Origin: Lama guanicoe
Lineage: Eukaryota
Direction of reading: 5' to 3'
Length of the DNA: 64,000 nt
NCBI GenBank assembly: GCA_013239625.1
Contig: MU054187.1
Span: forward strand, 496,001-560,000
Shown here: one piece after another, positions 13,003-24,600 of the stretch
Layout of the letters: every line of letters starts with the position of its first letter
How positions within the stretch are numbered: the stretch's first letter is position 1
Translations under genes and position numbers: made by a program
Notes under the pieces: generated by a model
Told to the model about the DNA's origin: nothing
The model's database searches: none
Seen by the model: the letters and a program-made list of their open reading frames with translations, nothing else

Positions 13003-15479
13003 TGAAGTGTTTTTATGTTGGCTGCTCTACAGTGTGTCAGATCGTTCTGCCAAGTGCCTCCTCAGTGCTGGCATCTGTAGGTTGTCCTTTTCCATCCAGT
13101 TTGAGATCCTCCTGGTTTTTGGTACGACGAGTGAATTCAGGTTGGAACCTGTACATGGCTTATTACATTGTGAGACCTCTGCCTTTCGTTTGCTTCCTCT
13201 GGTGCTGCCCCAGTGTGGGGAGGAGGGCGCCTCCTTGTGATTCCCTGGGTGGGGTGGGGGTGAAGTCCTGGTTCCCCACTCCCCGGACACCGACAGGGAG
13301 CCCCTCATTGCCTGGGGGAGGATTGGGAGTTCTGATCCCACCGGGCCTCCATGACTGTCCCTGGCTGTGAGGGGAGGGACCGCCCCTGCGTGTGCCCTGC
13401 ACTGACGCCATGGCGGGCGGCCTGGCTACTGCTGGGCTGTGCTGAAAACCCTGACAGCCCCCTGGGCCTCCTCTGGTCCCACCCCTGCTGGCAGAGGGAG
13501 GGCCCCCTTACCGCCAGGTGGGGTGCAAGTTCAGGCTTCCCATTGGTCTCCCCTGACACCCATGTGGGGGCTGGGGTCACGGGGCACCTCGGGGCGGGAG
13601 AGGGGACAGTGCAGCTCTGCGTCGCCTTTGCTGGCTTGGCGTGGGGGAGGGACGTGGTTTTCCTGCAACGCTGGCTGGAGCACAGTCGTATTTTCTGAAG
13701 CTTCTCTGTCTTGCAGGGCCGCCTTTCTCCTGGTCTGTTGCCCAGAGACAGCAGCTCGGTCTGTGCCCGTTGGCGTTTCCAGCCCTGTCTGTGACACACG
13801 GGCCGGAGGAGAACCCGGGGACTCACGCGTGTCATCCCTCGGGTCTGAGGTCACGGCCAGTCTGGCCTCTCCTCTCCCTTCCCTGGGTTTTACATCAGTG
13901 CCCAGTGGCTCTGCTGTTGTTTGGGGAGTCGTGGAGAAGGACACACCTACTCCGTCTTCCCAGGAGCCCTGTCACTAACTTCAATGTCTTGGCCAAGTAC
14001 CACAGACAGCCAGCACAAGTGCAAAGTCGGGGACTTTGTGTGCAAACCCACCATCACGTCCAGTAGTATCCCCGCCCTTCGAGAAGAGGACTTTGGATTC
14101 CTTCCTGGCTGCTTGCAGTGCTGAGGGCGCTGACGTCCTCTGTGTGCAGGTACTTAACTTCCACGGACTGAATTTATGATGGGCTATTCTGGGACCCTTG
14201 CATTAAATTTCAGAGGGAGAGCCAAGGTGGACAAGTGTGAATTTGCTCAGCAGCAGTCATTAAAAGTGACTGTAAATGCTGCTGCAGAGGGGGGCCTTTC
14301 TGGGGCGGGGAGCTCAGGCCGCGGGGGCTCCAGGAAGGGCGGGGTCTGGGTGTTGAGCACAGAGACTTCATAGTTCACATCACCCAGCGGGGATGGACTT
14401 AAGTGACTGCTGCTGGAGGAGACACGTTAGTGGGTTTCCTGCCGCAGTTCATCACGAGCAGTTAATTTTAGCTCGAAGGGGAAAGCAGTCCTGGCTGGCT
14501 GAGCAGCTCGGTTCTCAGGGAATCACCATGGTGACAGATACTGTTGTAAAGTATACAGAGGAAAGCGATTAATAAGTGCCCGCGGATGATGAAGTGCCAC
14601 CAGATTTCCTGTGAAATGGAGACGTGGTGTGGAGACGAGGGCAGCCGCCGACGTCTCTCGTAACGAGCGCTTAACGTGCTCGTGAGCCCGACTTTCCGCT
14701 TCTGTGCTGTTTCTAGCTCGGCATGGAAGTGGAAGCGTGTTTGGATCCAAACCCTGAGCACATTTAGGGGTTCAGAATTCATAAAGGAAGACGAAGACCT
14801 TGGAACCCTGGATTAGTTTGGAAGTCACCGACCCTCTGAGCCAGGACGGACACTCCGCTTCGAGTCACAACTGCCCTAAGACGGGAGCTGGCTCCCACCA
14901 CCTCCCCCACTGCCACGCTTTACCAACCCAGACACTTACACCCCCGAGCGCCTTTCCCTCGCCAGCTCTGCTCACTGTGACGCGGACACGGTTTTCTGGA
15001 CTGTGGGCTGCTCTGCTGTGCCAGGACTGTTCCGGGCCTGGCCGGCTTGGGTGCTCAGCCGTGGTTACTAAGTGAGTTGGCTGTGCTGAGTGCCTTTGCC
15101 CTAAATCAGTAGGAGGGTTAAAGGCTGTTTATACTTGGCCCTTGAAGTGGGGTTGGCCTTCAGATGAGTAAAGACATTTATTCAAGTTCGAGATTCTGGG
15201 TTTGCTTTGCAAATAAGGCCTGCGCTTGGAGATGAAATAGCAGGGGACGTTACGGCAGGGTCTTAGGGGAACACTGAGCCGTTAGCAACCCCACGTGCAT
15301 GTCACTGGTGCTGCTCGCCCCACTGCTGGTGTGCCCTGCTCACGTGGCTCCTTAGGGGCCGTTTTGAGTAATACTTCAGCATCTTACACCTCAGCTTGAG
15401 ATGTGTCTGTGGGGGTCACCCTCTCTGTGCCAGACAGGGGGCCACCAGCCTCACTGATTTAACCACACACTGTTCATAG

Positions 15480-15621
15480 ACAGGGTCACGAGGCTGCGGA
15501 AGAGTCTGGGGGCCATGAGTGTTTTCAGCTGCGTCTGTTGCTGCCCCCAGCGAAATGGGATTCTGTTGATTAAAGAATTAAAGAAAATGATGTTCGGTTG
15601 ACAGTCTGCATTTTCTGCCAC
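15480..15621 (-). mobile_element. ERVL LTR fragment (LTR33/LTR16-like)
   Basis: The minus strand reads GTGGCAGAAAATGCAGACTGTCAACCGAACATC...AACAGAATCCCATTTCGCTGGGGGCAGCAACAGACGCAGCTGAAAACACT...CCCAGACTCTTCCGCAGC, resembling the LTR33 5' end (remembered consensus). Confidence 0.55.
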
Positions 15622-17204
15622 TCCCACAGTGTCTGCAGGAGCCTCTGACACCCGGAATGCGGCCACCTTCCCAGAGGCAAACCACAGGTGTCTCAGCTCC
15701 CGAGGGTCCTGGGTGTGCGACTCTGGTTTTACTGGACAAATATGCTCGGACATTGTCCTGCACGTGGGCGTCTGATCATGGGGAAGTCCGTGGTACAGAA
15801 GGGATTCGCAAGGTTAATTCTAGGGCCCCTGGCGAGGATGCACTCGTGATGTTTGGCAGTGGTGGAGGGGAGCATGGTGGAGCTGTATTCACACAGGTGT
15901 CTGGGCCGAGTGGACTCACCCTGCACATCCTGAAGAGAACAGCCACCTGTCCCAGGATGGAGGCTGACGGAGACACCGAGCCCTCCGTACGGGTCTGCGT
16001 CACGGTGAGACTGAGGGTGGCCAGGGACCACCAGGTGCCAATGGGCAGTCGAGCCGAGATGTTCCCCACTCTGTGGGCGGAAGCACACGGGTTCACATGG
16101 GCCCCTGCCGTGCGCAGGCCAGATGCTGGGGGCACACCCAGCAGCTCGCGGGAGGTGATGGAGGTCCCTCTGTCCTGGGTCCCTGCCCAAGGCACTGCAC
16201 CTGCCCGCACCCGGACACCGCCTTGGACCGAGTGACCCTTTCATACTCTCCTGCCTGAGGTGGAACGACCTCCTCCCAGCCGTGTGCTTTGAAAGGCAAG
16301 CAGCCCGAGAACCACCCCGGGCAGCAGATGGCCCAGAAAGGCCGCGACGCTGGTGGTCGAGTCTGTGACCACACGTTCACGGAACCCGAGGCCGTGAGGA
16401 CAGACTCTGGGCCCGGATGCCCCAGGAGGTTTGGCCGTGGGAGGCGGGAGCCGGGTCATGACACCATCCCGGGGCCACGGGGCCCTCTGCACGCCTTCCC
16501 CACCCAGCGGCTCCAGCTGCCTCCAGCCGCGCCCCCCCACCCCCCGGAGTGTCTGCAGGCGCGAGGCTGTGTGTGCAGGAAGTAAGCACCCCTGTGCAAG
16601 TCCTTAAAAAGTCGGCACCTGAGGCATTTGCTGTTTCTGTTTCCCCAGCACCGTTCCTTCATGCCCAGCACTGCTACCTGGAGAAGGACTAGACCAGGTG
16701 ACGCACACGGTGGTGCCGCTGACGACAGTGGGTGGGGAGCTGGGCAGGGTAGACGGGCAGGGGGCGGGGACAGACCCCGAAACCCTGAGCTGTGCGGGAG
16801 CTTGCAGCCAAAGGGAAGCTGCAGGTGGAAACAAAGGCTCTCCAGAACTGACTCACAGTGTCACCGGGCAGTCACGTGACAAAGCACATCCCTGCAGCAG
16901 CTGGCAGCACGGGCGGAGTGTGTGAGCCCAGGGGCCGTTCTCTGGGGGCCTAGACAGCACAGCCCCGCAGCAGCTGGGTTTGAGGGATGTGGGTTAAACA
17001 GGCTGAGTGCCTTCCCTGCAGGACCTCTCAGGGTCCTCCTGTCCCAGGTGTGCCTTTCCGGGAGGGTAGGTGGTGGGCGGGGCCCCACGGTCCCCTACGG
17101 GAAGGGGCTCTGGGTCACGGGTGAGTATGTGGGCACCGGGCTGGCCTGTCTGCTTAAACCCAGGGCGCCCCTCGGAGCTGGCGGCATCAGACACGTGCTG
17201 TCAG

Positions 17205-17265
17205 CCGAACCCCGGCTTCTGCATCCGTAGAGGGAGGGTCATCCTAGCACCTACCTTCTGGTGGA
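17205..17265 (+). mobile_element. MIR fragment
   Basis: CCCCGGCTTCTGCATCCGTAGAGGGAGGGTCATCCTAGCACCTACCT is a GC-shifted version of CCTCAGTTTCCTCATCTGTAAAATGGGGATAATAATAGTACCTACCT. Confidence 0.4.
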
Positions 17266-17449
17266 AGGTTCTGGGGGGCCGGGGGTGTAACTGGTGTGGA
17301 GACCGCGTGTCTGCCTCACCTGGAGGTGGTCAGGGGATCGGTGTGAAACAGCCTGAGGAGTGAGTGCTGAGGGGTGACCTTGGGCTACTGCCTGTCAGTG
17401 ACGCCCGGCCAAGCTGGGTCTCATGGGGAGGGTCTCAGGGACGCTCCTC

Positions 17450-17635
17450 GGTGGTTGGGGGATGACGGCATGAGGGTGCGGGACAGGGACCGTGCCCCAG
17501 GGGACAGCAACACCCAGATGGGGCCTCCATCCAGCCGCGTGAGCTGACCCTCCCCTGGACCTCTTGGCCATAGAGCCTATAAATTCCTCACAGCTTGAGT
17601 AAGTCTGAGTGAGGCTTTCCGTTTCTGGCTGCCAG
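17450..17635 (+). mobile_element. MaLR LTR (MLT1J/K-like) 3' part
   Basis: AGCCTATAAATTCCTCACAGCTTGAGTAAGTCTGAGTGAGGCTTTCCGTTTCTGGC resembles the MLT1 end AGCCAATAAATTCC...GCTTAAGCCAGTTTGAGTTGGGTTTTCTGT. Confidence 0.45.
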
Positions 17636-20600
17636 CCCCTCCGTGATGGAGCGCCAGGTCAGCGGGACTGCAGGGACGCTTGGGGTCCGGGGCCGGAAGA
17701 GCCCACCGGCTTTCAGGGGGGCCACACGACCTCCATCCATCACTTGACCTCTCTGCTTCTCAGTGTCCTCAAGGTCAAAAGCGAGGGATCAATGTCCTTT
17801 CTGCCCCAACCTCATGCTTACGGCGAGGTGTGGAGGCGGGAGGTGTGTGGACACTGGACGCAGTCGTGTGTAAAGGCAGGGCCCACACGTCTATGCAACG
17901 GTGGAAAGCCGACCATTCCTTGATTTAAAGCTGCTACGCTGTGACAGTTCATGATTTTTGGCTAATGCTAAAATAGGAACATAAAAGCCAGCTGTCAAAA
18001 TATTATAATTGGTTTCTGCCTAACCCTAAGGCTTTGAATTCTGTGATGTTGAAGTTCCAGGGCTTATCTGTGGGTTTCTGCTGTTCTGTAATAGCCTGTT
18101 CTGTTTAGAATTCTGTAGCCCTGAGTTTTTCAAAAGAGACTCTGGAAGGTGTTCGTGTGCAAACAAGGAGCCTCACTGCTGGTAATTTTATTTTATTTTT
18201 AAAATTTCCAAACTTTGTCAAATAGGAGTCTTCATTTATAATCAACCAAGTAGACCAGGTGTTATTTGATGAAAGGTAATGAAGTATTTACTTTAGGTTT
18301 TAAAGGGAAATAAGTAGTTTAACAGTGTGGTGGAAAGTTTAAAAAGAGAAAGGATTTATGAAAAAGAAGAAGAAATTCTGCAATGATTTAATGAAATTGG
18401 AACTTTAAGTTACGAGCGGTAACGATGACCTGGCGTTACTGGGGAGAGAGTTTTCCATGGGCTTCTGCGGCTGAGGTCTTGCTGGGCACAGTAGGGACGC
18501 AGGGCCCGCCTCCTTTCTGGGCTGGTTCTCTGCGTGGTGTTTGCAGCGGGTAACCTTGAGTGTGGGGTGGGGCCTCCCTCCGGGATGAGGAGTGGGCTGG
18601 CTGTACCCGGCGGTCCCCCACGCGCTGCGAGCCTCAGATGCGACACAGCCCAGTGCGCGTAAGACCTGGGGACTTGGGGTGGGGCACAGAGGGTCAGACA
18701 TGGTCACTGAGCCCTAGACGGTGTCTCTGACTGGGGGCCTCAGGTCTTCTCAACGTCCGAGGGACACAAACCACTAAGGAGGTGAAAGCAGGTCGCAGAC
18801 CCTCCACAGGTCTTGACAGTTTTGGAGCTGTTGTGTTTGGTTGATTTCCATGAAAAACTCCCTGTGCAGGATTCATTCTGGCGGCGCCTGTGGGTGCCTG
18901 GGGTCCTCATTAACCAGCAGAGGGAGCCCCGCGAAGCACTCAGCTGTCCTGCCGAGGGAGATGCAGGCGTGTAACCGTAACCTCACTTATGTGGGCTGCA
19001 GGGCGTCAAAGGTAAGAACGTTGCGTTTTCCAAGGGGACCTCCTGCGAAGCAGGAAGTCATCACAGCCAGGAGCAGGTGGCAGCGGCCTTTTATCAGTAA
19101 AGGCTTTTACCCTAAAGCTGGTAGCTCTGGGCTATGAAAGCAGAGGACTGAGTAGGATGAAGTATTTATCTCTGGGGCTCTAGAACTCCCTCTTCCCTTT
19201 AACACCACGCGTACTAAGAAATGAGGTCCTAACTTGGAAGTCGCCTGACATTTCCCACGTCTAAAACCATCACAAGGGAGGTACAGGACCAAGCCAGGGC
19301 GGGGGTCTGTGCACTTTGCTTTGACACGTGCACGTCTGCGCCGCTGCCCGCCAGCTCTTCACGGGCAAGTCCAGGCTGACTGTCCACCGGGGGCCGGGCT
19401 GGTTCCCCAGGAACAGGTCTCAGCTTCACAGCAGGCTGGTCTCAGAACCTTCTGTCTGTTTACAAAGTAAAGCTTCTCTGGGTGGAATCAGGAAAGAAAT
19501 ATGTCATAGAGTAAATGAGAAAAATGTACAATAGTTCAAGATTGCATTTAAAAAATTGTGCGAGGGAACCTGAAGGGAATATTACTGAAGAGGAGGAAGG
19601 TGATGACGGCGCTGCAGCAGTGGCGGTCACGCGGGTCTTGCTGGGCGCCGGCTCTGCCGGCGGTGCGGGGACCTTCTCAGCCCCGGCCTGGGCTCCTGAC
19701 ATCTCTCCTGAAGCAGCTGCGTGACTTGGTGGCTGTGACAGAGTGGCCTCTACCTGCCTGCGCTCCCGTTTTGTCATCGGCTTTGCTTCCCCCTTTGCCC
19801 GTGTCCACCACCGTCCTGCCTGGAGGCAGCTCGCAGGGCTCGAGTGGTGGGAAAACGAGGAAAAGAGAGCGGCTGTCTTCGGACACAGCCGGTCCCTGAG
19901 GCAGGCCCTGCTCTGGCGGGTTTGTGAGAAGCAGGGACGCAAGTCGAGTCTCGTTTTCCCACGCCAACAAGGTCACGAGTGAAGGGTTATTTCCTAGAAG
20001 AGGGCTTGTGCCTGAACCTTAAAGGGATGCTCTCAATGCCCTGAGGACTCAAAAGTCGCAGGGCTCTCTCAGGCAGACCAGTTAGGAGGGTGCGTATTCT
20101 GTCCTTTGACTTAACGCAGGTAAGGCTGGAGCCTCCCTGGGAGGGAGCTTGGTATCAATCCAGGGACTTCAGGAAACCCTGGGGGGACAGGTAGGTCAGC
20201 CAGGGAGGGGCGCCCTGACCCCGGGCTGCCCAGCGACAGGCGGAAGCAGGAGTGAGTCGTCGGAAGGCCCCAGGCAGCGGGTGCTAGTCTTATAAAGACC
20301 ACCCAGAGGGGGTCAGGCAGCGCCGGCGTGGAGGGCCAGGGGACGGGGGCACCTCTCCCAGAGCTGAGAATCCTCTGGAGAACTCCGGACTGGACAGGGA
20401 GGAGGAGGAAGCACCCTGCGAACACGCTAAGTCACTGCCACGTGGCAGTGCTGCGCTGGGGGCTCTTCCACGGGGAGATGGGCGGGTGTCGAGGCCGCCC
20501 TCCGAGCTCACCCCCTCCCTGTGTGCACCTTGAGCCGGAAGCTTCCGCCGGGAGAGCAAGTTCACGGTGTCTGACGTGAGATTTTTCTCCCCTCCCTCGT

Positions 20601-21510
20601 TGATTCAGAAATTTCTGACTTTTTTCTCTCCTCTGATTTCTGTGACCCAGAAGACACGTGTCCTTGAAAGTAGACGCTGTGTATCAGAAGTTTGGCTTTT
20701 GTGTCTCCCACTACGTTCGTGGATGACACATAGCGCGCTGTGACGTCGGGGAGGTGGGGCTGAGGGCCGACTTTGTTTCCAGTCACGTGTCAAGCTGGGG
20801 ACGGAGACGTCATGTCCAGACTGGCTCTGGGGGTGGTTCCACGACACACGCGTCTGACACGCACTCTGACACCTGGAGGGCTGAGGGGGCCAGCTTGGGC
20901 ATTGCGCGTGCAGGGGTCTCATGGCCCCACCGTGACATCGGGCACAGAGCCTGGCTCCCGAGCCCGTGTTTGGGAAGAGTCCGGAGACCACAGTGGGCAG
21001 TGAGATGGCAACGTAGCGGGGCTGTATCATGTCGGTGAGGCCCGTGCTACCCTGACCTCAGCCCGGGAGGGTTTCCATGTGAGGGCTCCCCCCTAAAGCT
21101 GGGCTCCCAGGAGAGCCAGCAGGTGATGCGAGGGCGCAGACCTTCCCGTTCCATTTCACTCTTGCCTGCTCCCCTCCCGGGGAGGTGAATGAATGAATTT
21201 TCGCGGGGCTCAGACCGGGTCAGCTGCACACTCAGGGCCCCCCCACTGAGAGGTGCGGGTGTGAGGATCACCTCCCACCCCCGCCCCCCATGCCTCCTTT
21301 GGGGCCAGAAGTTCCCATTTTACCTAGGCCTTTGGGTTCGAGCTTTCAAGGGCTCTGTTAACACATATTATTGGTTTATTGAGAGATGTGACACATAAAA
21401 TTATTAACATTTTTAGCAAAGATTAATTGATCACATTAGTTCACCCTAGAAAGGGAGTAGGCCTGGGGAATTCCAGGGCCGGGGTGGGGGGTGGGTGCGG
21501 CCTGAGGGAG

Positions 21511-21636
21511 CGCGTGTGCCAGCTGACAAGCTCGTGTGCACGTGTGCGTGTTGTGTGTACACGTGGGCATGTGCACGTGTGTTCAGCGTGTGTGTGTATG
21601 TGTGCATGTGTCTGTGTGTGCACATGACGTGTGTAC
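21511..21636. repeat. Degenerate (TG/CA/CG)n low-complexity tract
   Basis: Largely alternating purine-pyrimidine sequence, e.g. GTGTGCACGTGTGCGTG...TGTGTGTGTATGTGTGCATGTG. Confidence 0.8.
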
Positions 21637-24600
21637 AGAGCAGCTGAGGCAGGGGGAGTGGGTGGAAGTGGTTCTAGTTCAAGAGTGGACTGGGTTGGAG
21701 TGGCTAGCTCCCCATCCGCCCTGTCTGAAACCCACTCCTCCGCACGGAGCAGCACCACACAGGACAGCATCCACCCTGCCTTCGAAACCCCAGACCTTTG
21801 GGCAGCAGGTCCAACAGTCAGAAGACAGTGTGAGAACGTGGGAGGCGCCAAACAGGGCTGTGCAGCCGATGTCACTGGTGGGAGAAGGGCAGGGGCGTCC
21901 TGGGCAGCGGGAGCTGCAGGAAGACACAGGCATCCAAGAGCAGGTGGGGTGCGGTCCCCGCTGTTAGACAGATGGTGAGAGGGGCCCCGCCCTGGGCTGT
22001 GATCTCATGGGCCAGGCAGGACCAGGCCTGGCCAGTATTTGCAAGGAAGACCTCCCAGGAGCACCCAGCGTGCACAGGGACTGGTGCTGGTGACTCATTG
22101 GTGGGAAGCCTGCCTCTGAGTCACTCCTGAGCCAGGGTTCTGGGACCTGGTGTGGGTGTGCGTGTTTGACTGTGTGTGAGAGGGGCCCTCGCTTGGGAAC
22201 TGAGCCCTCTCGTCCTCAGCGGCCTGGCGGATGACGCCCCCTGAGGTCTAAGCTGTGGGGCTTCCCCCAGTCTCGTCTGGCCCCCAGGAAGATGTCTCAG
22301 TTGCCTCTTCCCTTGAAACACTCTCCTGGTTCTGAGGTGACGAAGCTGCCCTCAAATCAAGGGAGAAGCACACACAGCTGCTCCTCTGTCCTGGGGCACC
22401 TCTTGGAGGGTCAGGTCACGTGCAGTGGGACCTTCTCTGCAGATAAAACTCTTCTGAGCAAAGCGAGGGCGTCTAGCTGAGGGTGCACTGGACCGGGGGT
22501 CCGGGGCTTGCCGGGAGAGGACAGGCCTGTCCCGAGGGGGAGGTCACCTGGAGGAGGGCAGGGGGTGGGCCCTGCTGTGGGGCGTGGCTGTCCCTCTGTC
22601 TCCTGTGAACCTGGGATCTGAGCTGAAGCCCACCCCCCAAGGTGAAGGCGTTTCCTGGTCACTTTGGCGGAAGTGGTGGTGGCTGCGCCAGGAAAGCTCT
22701 CTGTGCCTGTTAATCAAGCCGGGTCTCCTCCGGGCTGGCTGCTGGGACTTCACTCTGGACAAGCGGCCAGCCGCCTGGTCCCCCGTGTCCTCCTGGCTGG
22801 GCAGGCGAGCCTCGTGCGCCCTCCTCCGGCCACCTGGCTGCTGAGCGCTGAGCCTGCTCCCCTGTTCCCAGCAGCGGGGCAGCCGAGTGGGAGTGGGGCA
22901 GTGATCTCCGTTTGGAAGGAGCTGGTCAGAGGGTAGCAGGTAACAGGTGTCTCGTCCTGTCGGGGGAGGGACTTAGATGGAAATTTTATCTTGGCCCCAG
23001 GTTTTTCTGAGTTATTTTTTGTCTGTTTTCTCCCTCAAATAAGGACATAATCTTGATATCTTATGGTGAAATAGTTTGATGTGCTCATTTCTGGTAGGCA
23101 TGTAACTTAGACTCAGAGAGCAGTGGTCATTTTTAGAATGATTTAAAAAATGGCCCAGGACGCTGGAGGTAGGGTGCTGCAGATTGTGGGGTGGACTCGG
23201 GCACCCAGCAGACTTCTCAGGGTCTCTCTCTTTCCTGCTTTATGAGCAGGGAGACTCAAGGCTGCAGAACGCCTTTCATACTGCAGCCCAAGTCGATCAG
23301 CTCAGAGACGCAGGTGAGAGCTTCCTGTGAGATCACTTAGCTGTGCGCGGACACAGGGGCTCTGTGATCACGGCATGATTTTCACTCTGCTTTTAATACC
23401 AAATGTGCATGAGTCACATTAGTGAGTTGGTGGTAAAAAATGAGTTTTCTACGTTTCCTGACTTGTATGTGTGAATTGTAACTATGTGATGAATATTCTG
23501 TAACTACGGAGAAACACCAGGAATTCTCCACGTGGTATCTGGGCATCTGTATGTAAACTTCCTGGCACACCAAGAAATAAATCGCTTTGCAAACTTAATC
23601 CGCATGAAGCTTATACTTAAGGCTCTGGTTTTCTTTCTGCATTTTTATCCACTGTTGTGACTGTCCCGGCGGCAGGTTCGCAGTCCTCTGTGCCCTTCCC
23701 TGGTCGTTGCCGCTGCACCTGGAAATGCTGGTCAGTGCGGGGAGGAGTCCCCTGCAGCACCTGTCTGGTGGGGAGAATGAAACGTCCAGAGGGAGGACTG
23801 ACGTCCTGCCACGCCCCTCCCTGCCCGTGCTCGGCCCACACCCCGCGCCCTACCACCTGCTCTGGGGCCGACGCCCACCCACTCCAGCCAGGCTCGCTGC
23901 CTGCGGGGAGCTATTTTGCAAACAGGAGTTGGAGGAAAAGCCGAACCACCCAGGGCCTGTGGTGCAAGTCACAGAACACAGACAGGGCTGCCGCCCTTTC
24001 TCGGTGCCCGGGGGCTGCCGAGGCTGCACAGAGCGTTTGCCCAACATCTTCCCTGCTCCCAGAACATAAACCCGTGTGGATCTGGGTGGGTACCGCCTGC
24101 GACCGGCAGATGTCACTGCCTCCAACCTGCTGTGCTTCGGCCGCCTTTGGGGGACAAGAGCAGAAAGGGGGCGCCAGGGCGGGGCTGGAGCGCTTCCGGC
24201 GCGGCTTCGCGGGTGGACGCTCTGCAGATGGAGCGGCGGGGGTGCACCTGCCCTGCGCTCCCCCCCACCTGGCACCTGCCCTGTGAATTTGAGACTTAGC
24301 ACCTGTTTCCACTTCAGGGAAGGAAGCTCAGTGAGGGAGTCGGCAAGAGGACAGGACCTGTTCGGCCGCCAGAGCGGGAGGCCAAGCCCTCTGTGCCCAG
24401 CGCGGGGTTGTGGGCATGTCCAGGGTGGCTGGAGCGCAGCAGGGGGCTTAGAAGCCACAGCTGGTGTCACACAGCTGCTGGAGGCACATGGCCTGTGGGG
24501 AAAGCCTTAGAAGGAGTGACCTGTGGACGGACCAAAGGTTTGGGGTGAAGTCGGCAGCTCCCGGGGAGCGCTGGTTCCCTGAGTGGCAGGCAAGGGTGAT

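Larger units (their letters stand above)
9240..13965 (-). mobile_element. Degenerate LINE-1 (L1M/L1MC-like) with 5'UTR, ORF1 and part of ORF2; 3' end missing
   Basis: T-rich plus strand. Endonuclease peptide at 11428-11643 and ORF1 coiled-coil peptide at 12796-13002. ORF2-like antisense sequence at 9240-10700. GC-rich repetitive 5'UTR at ~13200-13965 ending ...CACCTACTCCGTCTTCCCAGGA. Confidence 0.9.
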
